Assembly (NCBI GenBank): GCA_002773855.1 | Contig: PEZY01000012.1 | Span: 233,565-297,564 of the forward strand | Reading direction: 5' to 3' | Source: Candidatus Buchananbacteria bacterium CG10_big_fil_rev_8_21_14_0_10_33_19 | GTDB lineage: Bacteria > Patescibacteriota > Patescibacteriia > 2-01-FULL-39-33 | DNA: 64,000 nucleotides | Shown: piece after piece, positions 50,920-59,955 of the stretch | Layout of the letters: each line of letters starts with the position of its first letter | How positions within the stretch are numbered: the first letter of the stretch is position 1 | Translations under genes and position numbers: made by a program | The notes under the pieces: generated by a model | What the model was told of the DNA's origin: nothing | The model's input: the letters and a program-made list of their open reading frames with translations, nothing else | Databases searched by the model: none

Positions 50920-52743
50920 ATGAAAGAAAACAAATTTAAAAATTTTTTTACACCCGGTCCACGAGGCAAGCTTCGTTGGTCGGTTTTTGCTATTGCTGTT
51001 TTATTCGTAGCGATGTTATTTGTTAATTTAATCGGTTCAAATAATATAGTGACAAAAGTTTTAGACAATATTTTATCTAAAACTCCAGTAGTTGATAATC
51101 TAAAAATTTGGCCACAAATAGAAGTTAATCAATCAGATGGTACCAAAAACCTTAAGTTTAAAAACATTAGAGACATTGATTTGGTAACTTACGGTTTTCC
51201 TTTCAAATTAGGTTTAGATCTTCGGGGTGGTGCTCATCTAGTGTATGAGGCTGACGTCTCTCAAATTAGTTCCACAGAGCGTTCAAATGCCTTGTCAGGA
51301 GTGCGTGATGTCATTGAGAGAAGAGTTAATGCTTTTGGTGTTTCTGAGCCAATTATCCAAACTAATCAAGTTGGTGATAAATGGCGAGTAATTGTCGAAC
51401 TAGCTGGTGTGACTGATATTAATGAAGCCATTAGATTAATTGGCGAAACTCCACTTTTAGAATTTAAAGAAGAAAATCCTACCGCTAGTCAATTAACTGT
51501 TGATCAACAAGCCGAATTAGATAAATTAAATATTGAAGTTCGTGATAAGGCTCAATCTGTTTTGGATCAAATTTTAGCTGGTGGCGATTTCGCAAAATTG
51601 GCTCAAGAGAATTCTGAAGATGAAGGCAGTAAGGATAATGGTGGTTTTTATACTGGTGTTAAAAAAGGTACTTTTGTTCCAGAATATGAAGAAGTATTGT
51701 TTAACAAGTTAAAATCCGGTGAAGTTTATTCACAATTAGTACAATCTCAATTTGGTTATCATATTATCAAAAAAGAAACAGTTAGCGGTGAAGGTGAAGA
51801 CTTGGCTATTGATACTAGACATATTTTGTTTAAAACAAAAACTGCCACGGATATTGGCGTAGTTCTAGAGCCAGACTGGAAAACCACTACATTGACTGGT
51901 AAACAATTAAAGAGAGCTAGTGTAGAATTAGCTCCAAATTCTGGTGTACCACAGGTGTCTTTAGAGTTTGACAGTGAGGGTGCTGATTTATTTGCAGAAT
52001 TAACCAAGAAGAACGCTGGTAAATTGTTGGCTATATTTTTAGATGGTCAGCCAATTAGCATACCTCGAGTTAATGAACCAATTTTATCTGGTCAAGCAGT
52101 AATCTCTGGAAGTTTTACTCTACAAGATGCTAAATTATTAGCTCAAAGATTAAATGCTGGTGCTCTACCTGTGCCGATTGAATTAATTTCTCAGACTACT
52201 GTGGGTGCGACACTAGGCAATGATTCTGTTCAAAAAAGTTTAGTAGCTGGTTTTTGGGGTTTGATTTTAGTAGCTATCTTTATGATTTTGTATTATAGGT
52301 TGCCGGGTTTGTTAGCAGTAAAGGCTTTGCTCATTTATACAGTAATAATTTTGGCTTTATTTAAATTAATTCCAGTTACTTTAACCTTGGCTGGTATTGC
52401 CGGTTTTATTCTGTCTATTGGTATGGCAGTTGACGCTAATGTTTTGATTTTTGAAAGATTAAAAGAAGAATTGCGAGCTGGTCGTGATTTGACTACGGCT
52501 GTTGAGCAAGGTTTTAGACGAGCTTGGAGCTCTATTCGAGATTCTAATATTTCATCACTGATTACTTGTGCAATTTTGTTTTGGTTTGGCAGTAGCATTA
52601 TTAAGGGTTTTGCTTTGACTCTAGCTATTGGAACTCTTGTTTCGATGTTTTCAGCCATTACCATTACTAGACAGGTCTTAAGATTGATTGCCAAATGGAA
52701 AATAAGCCATGGTGATTGGCTTTATGGAGTCAAAATTAAATAA
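50920..52743 (+). CDS. secD: Protein translocase subunit SecD with an embedded PpiC/parvulin-type PPIase domain
   Basis: SecD motifs GLDLRGGAHLVYEAD, LLEFKEE, C-terminal 6-TM. An inserted ~130-aa segment carries the parvulin signature (FAKLAQENSEDEGSKDNGGF...FGYHIIKKE). Confidence 0.85.
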   Translation: MKENKFKNFFTPGPRGKLRWSVFAIAVLFVAMLFVNLIGSNNIVTKVLDNILSKTPVVDNLKIWPQIEVNQSDGTKNLKFKNIRDIDLVTYGFPFKLGLDLRGGAHLVYEADVSQISSTERSNALSGVRDVIERRVNAFGVSEPIIQTNQVGDKWRVIVELAGVTDINEAIRLIGETPLLEFKEENPTASQLTVDQQAELDKLNIEVRDKAQSVLDQILAGGDFAKLAQENSEDEGSKDNGGFYTGVKKGTFVPEYEEVLFNKLKSGEVYSQLVQSQFGYHIIKKETVSGEGEDLAIDTRHILFKTKTATDIGVVLEPDWKTTTLTGKQLKRASVELAPNSGVPQVSLEFDSEGADLFAELTKKNAGKLLAIFLDGQPISIPRVNEPILSGQAVISGSFTLQDAKLLAQRLNAGALPVPIELISQTTVGATLGNDSVQKSLVAGFWGLILVAIFMILYYRLPGLLAVKALLIYTVIILALFKLIPVTLTLAGIAGFILSIGMAVDANVLIFERLKEELRAGRDLTTAVEQGFRRAWSSIRDSNISSLITCAILFWFGSSIIKGFALTLAIGTLVSMFSAITITRQVLRLIAKWKISHGDWLYGVKIK

Positions 52744-52747
52744 ATTT

Positions 52748-53668
52748 ATGAAATTAAACATAATTCAAAATAGAAAATACTCTTATATCGTGTCTGGCAC
52801 TTTGATCCTGATTAGTATTTTAAGTTTGATCGCCTGGGGTTTGAAACCGGGGATTGATTTTACTGGCGGTAGTCTTATGGAATTAAGTTTTGATGGGACT
52901 AGACCGGATGTTGCAGTTATTGAAGAATCTTTGACTAGTTTGGAATTGGGAGAAATTAAAATTCAACCGTTTGGTGATAATAATAATATTTTAAGATTTA
53001 AAAATGTTGATGAAGATACTCATCAGGTTATACTGGGTAAGCTAAAAGAAACTTTCAATGGCCAAAACGATTCTAGTTTGGCTATTGAAGAGCGTTTTGA
53101 ATCAATTGGTCCAGTTTTAGGTAAGGAATTGCAGGATAAGGCTTGGGTGGCTATTTTTTTAGCTTCAATGATGATAGTGCTTTATATTGCTTATGCTTTT
53201 AGAAAGGTTTCTAAGCCAGTAGAATCTTGGAAGTTTGGTTTGGCAGCGATTGTAGCTTTGATCCATGATATTTTAATTGTAACTGGTTTATTTTCAATTC
53301 TAGGTCATTTTGCTGGCATTGAAGTTGATAGTTTGTTTGTTACTGCTCTATTGACTATTTTAGGTTTCTCGGTTCATGATACAATTGTGGTTTTTGATCG
53401 AACTAGAGAAAATTTATCTAAACATTATAGTTCTAATTTTGAAGAGGTAGTCAACGATAGTATTAATCAAACTATTAGTCGTTCTATTAATACTTCATTA
53501 ACCACTTTGTTAGTTTTGATTACTTTATATTTATTTGGTGGAGCCACTATCTCTAGCTTTATTTTAGCTTTGATTGCCGGTATTACTGTTGGAACATATT
53601 CTTCTATTTTTGTAGCTAGCCCTGTTTTGGTCACTTGGTATTTTTGGGCCAAGAGATTAAAGAGTTAA
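52748..53668 (+). CDS. secF: Protein translocase subunit SecF
   Basis: SecF periplasmic domain plus 6 TM (GIDFTGGSL..). Start set at ATG 52748 after the secD stop. Confidence 0.85.
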   Translation: MKLNIIQNRKYSYIVSGTLILISILSLIAWGLKPGIDFTGGSLMELSFDGTRPDVAVIEESLTSLELGEIKIQPFGDNNNILRFKNVDEDTHQVILGKLKETFNGQNDSSLAIEERFESIGPVLGKELQDKAWVAIFLASMMIVLYIAYAFRKVSKPVESWKFGLAAIVALIHDILIVTGLFSILGHFAGIEVDSLFVTALLTILGFSVHDTIVVFDRTRENLSKHYSSNFEEVVNDSINQTISRSINTSLTTLLVLITLYLFGGATISSFILALIAGITVGTYSSIFVASPVLVTWYFWAKRLKS

Positions 53669-53841
53669 AATTATTTTTTATAGTAAATAAAAAAACCGTC
53701 TTTCTACGTGGAGGGCGGTTTTGTGTTTGATTATTGCCAATTAATAAACATTTGACATACCTCTATTAAATTAATAGATATCAGTTTATTTGCCAATATA
53801 ACTATATTATGTGCTATTATAACATATATTATACACTGTTG

Positions 53842-53870
53842 TTGACAAATAGAACTATTTTTGATATAAT
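53842..53870 (+). promoter_or_regulatory. Consensus sigma70 promoter
   Basis: TTGACA, 17-nt spacer, TATAAT (perfect -35 and -10). Confidence 0.7.
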
Positions 53871-53964
53871 TAAGGGGAAAAGTTAAATAAATCACTTTTT
53901 GGCTCTGTTTAGCCAAAATATATCTTTATCACCATGCAGATGTGAGATTTTAATATTTTTATTT

Positions 53965-55152
53965 ATGTCTATATTAGATCAAGTTAGAAAAACTCAATTT
54001 CAAGATAATATGGCTGGTTTCAATCCTATGGAAACTATCAATATTTTACTTTCACGTTTGACCGACAAGGAAAAAGATGTTGTTAAACGTAGATTCGGTT
54101 TAGAGGCTGATTCTAAACAAACCCTAGAGGAAATTGGTAAACACTATGGTATTACTAGGGAAAGGGTTAGACAAATAGAAAATTTGAGTATCAAAAAATT
54201 AAAAGAACTTCAAGAATTAAAAGATGAAATACTAACTGCCGAAAGAGTAACTGCTCAGTTATTAGAACAATACGGTGGGGTGATGGAAGAAGAGTTTTTC
54301 TTGGAAAATATTTTAAACTATTTAGATACTAGAGATGGCAGTGAAAATGCCTTGTTATTTTTGGCTGATCACATTTTTTCTGATAATATTAATAAGGTTA
54401 AACAAGATAAAGAGTTTAATCATTTATGGCGAATGGATTCTGTGGATACAAATACTTTGAAAGAAGTAATTGGTGAAATGGTGGCATTAATTGAAAATCA
54501 TAATAAACCAATTAAGTTAAAGGATTTATTGGATAATTTTAAAAATTCAGAATACTACTCTAAAAATCGTGAAAAATTCTTGTCAGCTACTACTTTTTTA
54601 GAAGCTACAGAAGAAGATATTGATAAGGTTTTAGAGAGTTATTTAAGAGTTAGTCGTCGTGTAAAATCCAATTTATTTGATGAATGGGGTTTAATTTCTT
54701 GGGGTACAGTACAACCAAAGAAAATAAATGATAAAATCTATATAGTTTTAAAGAAATCTGGTCAACCGTTACATTTTGTGGATATTGCCAAAGCTATTAA
54801 TGAAACTAGATTTGATGAAAAGATTGCCTATCCACCAACAGTTCATAATGAATTAATTTTGGACAATAAATATGTGTTAGTTGGCCGTGGTATTTATGCC
54901 TTAAAAGAGTGGGGCTATGAGCCTGGTAACGTAGCTAATGTGGTAGAACAGTACTTAAAAGACAATGGTCCAAAAACTAAGGATGAAATTATTAACTATG
55001 TTTTGAGTAAGAGAAATGTTAAAAAGTCCACTGTATATTTGTCTTTAATGAATAATGATAATATTCAAAAAAACGATAGCGGTAAATATGTATATATTGA
55101 AAATTCAAATTCTGACGATAGTTCAGCAGTTTTAAACTCAGATAATCAATAA
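53965..55152 (+). CDS. Sigma-70 region 4-like HTH fused to a C-terminal HARE-HTH-like domain
   Basis: LTDKEKDVVKRRFGL....TLEEIGKHYGITRERVRQIENLSIKKLK is a region 4.2-like HTH. No regions 2/3. C-terminal ...LHFVDIAKAINE....TVHNELILDNKYVLVGRGIYALKEWGY resembles HARE-HTH. Start uncertain (53965 or 54011). Confidence 0.55.
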   Translation: MSILDQVRKTQFQDNMAGFNPMETINILLSRLTDKEKDVVKRRFGLEADSKQTLEEIGKHYGITRERVRQIENLSIKKLKELQELKDEILTAERVTAQLLEQYGGVMEEEFFLENILNYLDTRDGSENALLFLADHIFSDNINKVKQDKEFNHLWRMDSVDTNTLKEVIGEMVALIENHNKPIKLKDLLDNFKNSEYYSKNREKFLSATTFLEATEEDIDKVLESYLRVSRRVKSNLFDEWGLISWGTVQPKKINDKIYIVLKKSGQPLHFVDIAKAINETRFDEKIAYPPTVHNELILDNKYVLVGRGIYALKEWGYEPGNVANVVEQYLKDNGPKTKDEIINYVLSKRNVKKSTVYLSLMNNDNIQKNDSGKYVYIENSNSDDSSAVLNSDNQ

Positions 55153-55264
55153 TTTGGTTTCTAATTATCTGTTAATTATATGTAAAAACATAATTAACAG
55201 AAACTAGTAACTAAGTTTCTTCAATTTTAGAAGTAGACTAGTAAGCTCAAAAGGTGACAACTTT

Positions 55265-56725
55265 ATGGGTAAAAATGGTATTAACATAGAAATTGATTTT
55301 TTATCAATTTGGAATACAATCATAGACTTTGGTTCTCAAAATCCAGTTATCATAGCAACTCAGATTTTTCTAGGCGGTGGCTGGGTAGTTTTTTTGTTAC
55401 TTTTTATTTATGGTCTTTATACTGTTTGGTTGGATGGCCGGCAAGCTAGGTTTGCTTCTAAGTGGAAGCATATATTATTGGCTATAGATATACCTAAAAA
55501 TAATATTCAAACTCCTAAGGCAGTAGAGAGTATTTTTATCGCTTTAGCCGGCGCTCAGTCTGGCGGTAATTTGGTTGATTTATATTGGAGTGGAAAAGTA
55601 CAAGAAAGTTTTTCATTTGAAATTGTTAGCTTGGAAGGGTATGTGCAATTTTTGGTTAGAACTCCTGTTCATTTTAGGGATTTGATTGAGGCAGCAGTTT
55701 ATGCCCAGTATCCTGAAGCCGAAATTACGGAAGTTGATGATTATGCTAGTCAATATAGTGATGTTAAATTTCCTAATGATAAGTATAATCTTTGGGGTAC
55801 AGAACTAGTTTTAGCTCGCGATTATCCTTATCCAATCAGGACTTATTCTGATTTTGAACATAAGTTAACTGGTGAATTAATCGATCCAATGGCTGGAGTT
55901 TTGGAAACTCTAACTAGACTTGGTCCAGGAGAGCAAGTTTGGTTGCAATTTGTAATCACACCACAAAAACCGGGTTGGGGCGAGAAAGGTAAAAAGATTT
56001 TAAAAGAAATGAAGGGTGAACCATACACACCACCAGAAACTTTTTCTGATAAAATTATTAAACCAATTAGTTTTATTGGTGATTTAGCTATGGCAGTGAG
56101 CAATGAAATTTTTGGCGCTGATGAAGTAGCCAAGAAAAAGGAAGAGGATCAATGGAAGATGTTTAGGATTTCACCTGGTGAGAGATTGGTTTTTGAGAAT
56201 GTCCAAAGAAAGTTAGCTCAGCATGTCTTTAGATTAAAATTTAGGTTTGTTTATTTTGGTGAAAAGGAAGTTTTTAATAAGGGCAGAGGAGTGGCTTCTA
56301 TAATTTCTGGCTTGCAACAGTTTAATGTGGCTGATTCCAATGGCTTTAAGCCAGGTCCTAGAACTAAAACATCAGCTGATTATTTTAATGTTAATAAACG
56401 AGTAGCTGAGTTGCAAAAGCGAATTTTACGTAACTATATTAAGCGTAACAATTACAATGGTGATGATGTTAGTAATATGATGGTTTGTAGTGAGGAATTA
56501 GCTTCATTGTGGCATTTCCCAGTTATGAGTGTTAAAGCACCAACAGTGGAGAAAATAGGCTCTAAGCGATCTGTGCCGCCATCACGGTTACCTTATGATA
56601 CTGGTCGAGTTCAGCCAAATATACAGTTACCAACACTCGAATCAGTTAACACCGTAGAAAATAAGCCAGAGATCAAAGAATCTAGACCAAAACCAACACC
56701 ACCAGCTAATTTACCAACTGTTTAA
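55265..56725 (+). CDS. Membrane-anchored protein (2 N-terminal TM) with a large soluble domain, partner of the downstream ATPase
   Basis: 486 aa. N-terminal TM helices (VIIATQIFLGGGWVVFLLLFIYGLYTVWL). Pro/Thr-rich C-terminus. 4-nt gap to the next gene. Confidence 0.5.
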   Translation: MGKNGINIEIDFLSIWNTIIDFGSQNPVIIATQIFLGGGWVVFLLLFIYGLYTVWLDGRQARFASKWKHILLAIDIPKNNIQTPKAVESIFIALAGAQSGGNLVDLYWSGKVQESFSFEIVSLEGYVQFLVRTPVHFRDLIEAAVYAQYPEAEITEVDDYASQYSDVKFPNDKYNLWGTELVLARDYPYPIRTYSDFEHKLTGELIDPMAGVLETLTRLGPGEQVWLQFVITPQKPGWGEKGKKILKEMKGEPYTPPETFSDKIIKPISFIGDLAMAVSNEIFGADEVAKKKEEDQWKMFRISPGERLVFENVQRKLAQHVFRLKFRFVYFGEKEVFNKGRGVASIISGLQQFNVADSNGFKPGPRTKTSADYFNVNKRVAELQKRILRNYIKRNNYNGDDVSNMMVCSEELASLWHFPVMSVKAPTVEKIGSKRSVPPSRLPYDTGRVQPNIQLPTLESVNTVENKPEIKESRPKPTPPANLPTV

Positions 56726-56729
56726 AAAA

Positions 56730-58418
56730 ATGAATCAAGAAGAAACTTTGAATGAGATAACTTTGTTTGGCGAAACTAATTTTCGCAATCAAAAAAAGCG
56801 TTTTGGTATTAAACGTGATGACCGAAGACGCCATGTTTATATTATCGGTAAAACTGGTATGGGTAAGACTACTTTATTAGAAAATATGATAATTTCTGAT
56901 ATTGTCAATGGTGATGGTTGTTGCTATGTTGATCCCCATGGTGATACGGCTGAAAAGATATTAGATTTTATTCCTCCTAGCAGAATTAATGATGTTATTT
57001 ATTTTAACCCAGCAGATACCGAATTTCCCATTGCTTTTAATATATTAGAAGCCGTTGATGAAAAAAGTAAGCATTTAATTGCTTCTGGATTAGTTGGCGT
57101 GTTTAAGAAGCAATTTGCTGATAGTTGGGGACCAAGATTAGAATATATTTTGCGTAACGCTATTTTAGCTTTATTGGATTATCCGGGTAGTACTCTATTG
57201 GGTATTATGAGAATTTTAGTTGACAATAGTTATCGTGAGAAGGTGGTTGAAAAAATTACCGATCCAGTAGTTAAATCTTTTTGGGTCAATGAGTATACTA
57301 AATGGAATGATAGAACATTACAAGAGGTAATATCTCCAATTCAAAACAAGGTTGGTCAGTTTTTGTCTAATTTTTTAATTAGGAATATTGTTGGTCAGGT
57401 GAAGTCAACTTTTGATTTGCGCGAAGTTATTGATGGTCGAAAAATATTAATTATGAATTTATCCAAGGGTAGGATTGGCGAGGACACGATGCAACTTTTA
57501 GGTTCGATGATTGTGACTAAACTGTATTTAGCGGCCATGAGTCGCGTTGATATACCAGAGAAAGATCGAAAAGACTTTTATTTGTATGTTGATGAATTTC
57601 AAAATTTTGCTACTGACAGTTTTGCTGATATTTTATCAGAGGCTAGAAAATATCGACTTAATTTGACCATGGCTCACCAATTTATTGAGCAGTTACCAGA
57701 AACCGTTTCGGCTTCAGTGTTTGGTAATGTGGGTACTTTGTTATGTTTTCGAGTTGGCGCAGCCGATGCAGAAAAGCTAGTGAAGGAGTTTACGCCAATA
57801 TTTTTAGAAGAAGATTTAGTTAATTTGCCAGCTTTTAGTATTTATTTAAAGTTAATGATTGATGGTGTTTCATCTGATCCATTTTCGGCTAATACTTTAC
57901 CGCCATTATTTGATGAGTATAGATCAAATAGCACTGAAAGAGTGGTTAAAGTTTCTCGAGAAAGGTATGCTAATCATCGTAAATCCATAGAAGATAAAAT
58001 AAATCGTTGGAGTGGTATGGATTTAAGTGAAAAAATGATAGCCACTAGCGAAGGGCATGTTAATTTTAAGTCAGAAAGAGATAAGCAGATTAAGACACAA
58101 CACAGAACATCAGTAGACAATAAATTTACCAAGCCTAAGCCCAAGGAGGACAAAAAATTAGAAGAAAAATACATTGTAGATTGTTTTTCTTGTGGTAAAA
58201 CTGCCGAAATTAATTTTTTTCCTGATGGCAAGCGTCCAGTTTTTTGTAAAGATTGTTTGGTTAAGAGCCGACAAGATAGGCAAATTAAAAATAACGCAAC
58301 AGACAAAGCGGTGTCACCAAAAATTGCAACAAAAATTTTAGAACAACCACAAGAGGCTGTACAGACTATCAGTTTGGCTGACTTGGGTAAAAGATCGGAG
58401 ACGCCGAATAATAAATAG
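56730..58418 (+). CDS. TrwB/TraD/VirD4-family (type IV coupling protein-like) P-loop ATPase, soluble, with a C-terminal Cys4 zinc ribbon
   Basis: Walker A IIGKTGMGKTT followed by CYVDPHGD (TrwB-like), Walker B YLYVDEFQNF, RKYRLNLTMAHQ arginine/Gln motif. C-terminal CFSCGK...CKDCL. Confidence 0.6.
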   Translation: MNQEETLNEITLFGETNFRNQKKRFGIKRDDRRRHVYIIGKTGMGKTTLLENMIISDIVNGDGCCYVDPHGDTAEKILDFIPPSRINDVIYFNPADTEFPIAFNILEAVDEKSKHLIASGLVGVFKKQFADSWGPRLEYILRNAILALLDYPGSTLLGIMRILVDNSYREKVVEKITDPVVKSFWVNEYTKWNDRTLQEVISPIQNKVGQFLSNFLIRNIVGQVKSTFDLREVIDGRKILIMNLSKGRIGEDTMQLLGSMIVTKLYLAAMSRVDIPEKDRKDFYLYVDEFQNFATDSFADILSEARKYRLNLTMAHQFIEQLPETVSASVFGNVGTLLCFRVGAADAEKLVKEFTPIFLEEDLVNLPAFSIYLKLMIDGVSSDPFSANTLPPLFDEYRSNSTERVVKVSRERYANHRKSIEDKINRWSGMDLSEKMIATSEGHVNFKSERDKQIKTQHRTSVDNKFTKPKPKEDKKLEEKYIVDCFSCGKTAEINFFPDGKRPVFCKDCLVKSRQDRQIKNNATDKAVSPKIATKILEQPQEAVQTISLADLGKRSETPNNK

Positions 58419-58427
58419 CAGTAGCTT

Positions 58428-58976
58428 ATGTGGGAGTTAGTTATTAAATCATTTTACCTTGCTCTGCCGGCTTATTTGGCTAATATGTCGCCGGTTATAT
58501 TTGATAAATTAGGATTATTTAAGTCTTTGGCTCAGCCCATTGATGGTGGTAAAAAAATAGGCACAGAATTTATTTTTGGGAGGTCTAAAACTTGGCGAGG
58601 ATTGCTGTCTGGTGCAATATTTGGTGTAGTAGTGACTTGGATTCAAGCTGGATTATATAGCGTTACTTTTTTTAAAAGCTTGTCGCTAGTAGATTACCCG
58701 CGTCATTTTATTGCTTTTGGTTTGTTGGCAGGCCTGGGGGCTATACTTGGTGATTTAATAAAAAGTTTTTTTAAACGTCGCTTTAATATTAAAAGTGGTA
58801 GTAGTTGGCCAGTATTTGATCAGTTGGATTTTATTGCTGGTTTTTTTATTGCAACTTACTATTTGGTTGGTTTTGATGTGGGTGTTGTTGTAGTTGTTTT
58901 TTTGATTACTTTAATACTACATCCCTTAACTAATCTATTAGCTTACCAGCTGGGCTTTAAAAAAGTTTGGTGGTGA
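58428..58976 (+). CDS. CDP-archaeol synthase-like (CarS/DUF46) CTP-transferase membrane protein
   Basis: LPAYLANMSPVIF...PIDGGKK......GRSKTWRG closely matches the CarS family signature. 182 aa, 5 TM. Confidence 0.55.
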   Translation: MWELVIKSFYLALPAYLANMSPVIFDKLGLFKSLAQPIDGGKKIGTEFIFGRSKTWRGLLSGAIFGVVVTWIQAGLYSVTFFKSLSLVDYPRHFIAFGLLAGLGAILGDLIKSFFKRRFNIKSGSSWPVFDQLDFIAGFFIATYYLVGFDVGVVVVVFLITLILHPLTNLLAYQLGFKKVWW

Positions 58977-59070
58977 GTGCTTATAACGTATACCATAAAA
59001 CACTTAACAAAAAATAATTTAAAAATTTCAATTTTCAAATTTTCATTGCGAAGTAAATTAATAGCAATAT

Positions 59071-59955
59071 ATGTCCAAAGTCCTAGTTATTTTTAATCCC
59101 ACTGCTGGATTGAAAAGTAAAATAGATGTGGAAACAATTATTCGAGATAAATTACAAGACCTGAATTATCAGGTATCTTTATTTTATCTTAATAATCGAT
59201 TTGAGGATGTGATAGGTGAGTTTGATTTTACTGGTTTAGATTTAGTTTTGGCAGTGGGTGGTGATGGTACGGTGAAGGTGGCTACTAGAACAATTATTGA
59301 AAATAATTTACAAGTGCCGCTGGCTATTGTCCCTTATGGCTCGGCTAATGTAATAGCGACAGCGGCTGGCATTCCACTTAATATAAAAAATGCCCTTAAG
59401 TTATTAGATGATACTAATAAAATTTTAAAAATAGATGTTGGCTTGATCAATAAGAAACATTATTTTTTAGTAGGTCTTTCTATTGGTTATATATCTAAGA
59501 TAGTAACAGGTGCTAGTCATCATTTAAAAAATAAATTTGGATTTTTTGGTTATTTATTAGTTTTTGTTTTTAATAAGATAAAGATAAAAAAATTAAAATT
59601 TGAAATTAAAACTAAAAATAAGAGTTTTTGGGTTCGAGGTAATAGTTTGGTAATTTTTAATGCTCTTAATTACTATGGTTTGAAAGTTAAAAAGCAGATT
59701 AGTTTTTCTGATGGCATATTTAATTTATATGTCTTTACTAGTCAGACATTTATATCTTTGGTAGAGGGGTTGTTTTTGATGCTTTTTTTTAATAAACCTC
59801 CTAGATATGTCTTGTCTTTGGATAATAATTATTTTAAGATAATTTTAAAAAAACCCACTAGCTCTTGCCAAATTGATGGGGATTATGTAAAATTGCCTAG
59901 AATAATTGAGGTAGTTTTGTTGCCTCAATCGCTTGATATAATAATTGGTAAATAG
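59071..59955 (+). CDS. Diacylglycerol-kinase catalytic domain lipid kinase (YegS/BmrU-like)
   Basis: KVLVIFNPTAG ... LVLAVGGDGTV DAGK_cat motifs. Confidence 0.75.
   Translation: MSKVLVIFNPTAGLKSKIDVETIIRDKLQDLNYQVSLFYLNNRFEDVIGEFDFTGLDLVLAVGGDGTVKVATRTIIENNLQVPLAIVPYGSANVIATAAGIPLNIKNALKLLDDTNKILKIDVGLINKKHYFLVGLSIGYISKIVTGASHHLKNKFGFFGYLLVFVFNKIKIKKLKFEIKTKNKSFWVRGNSLVIFNALNYYGLKVKKQISFSDGIFNLYVFTSQTFISLVEGLFLMLFFNKPPRYVLSLDNNYFKIILKKPTSSCQIDGDYVKLPRIIEVVLLPQSLDIIIGK

Noticed and set aside
53899-55152. Calling the sigma-like gene a bona fide alternative sigma factor (RpoD/FliA family)
   Set aside because: Only region 4 is present and it is N-terminal. Regions 2 and 3 (-10 recognition, core binding) are absent, so it cannot function as a canonical sigma factor.
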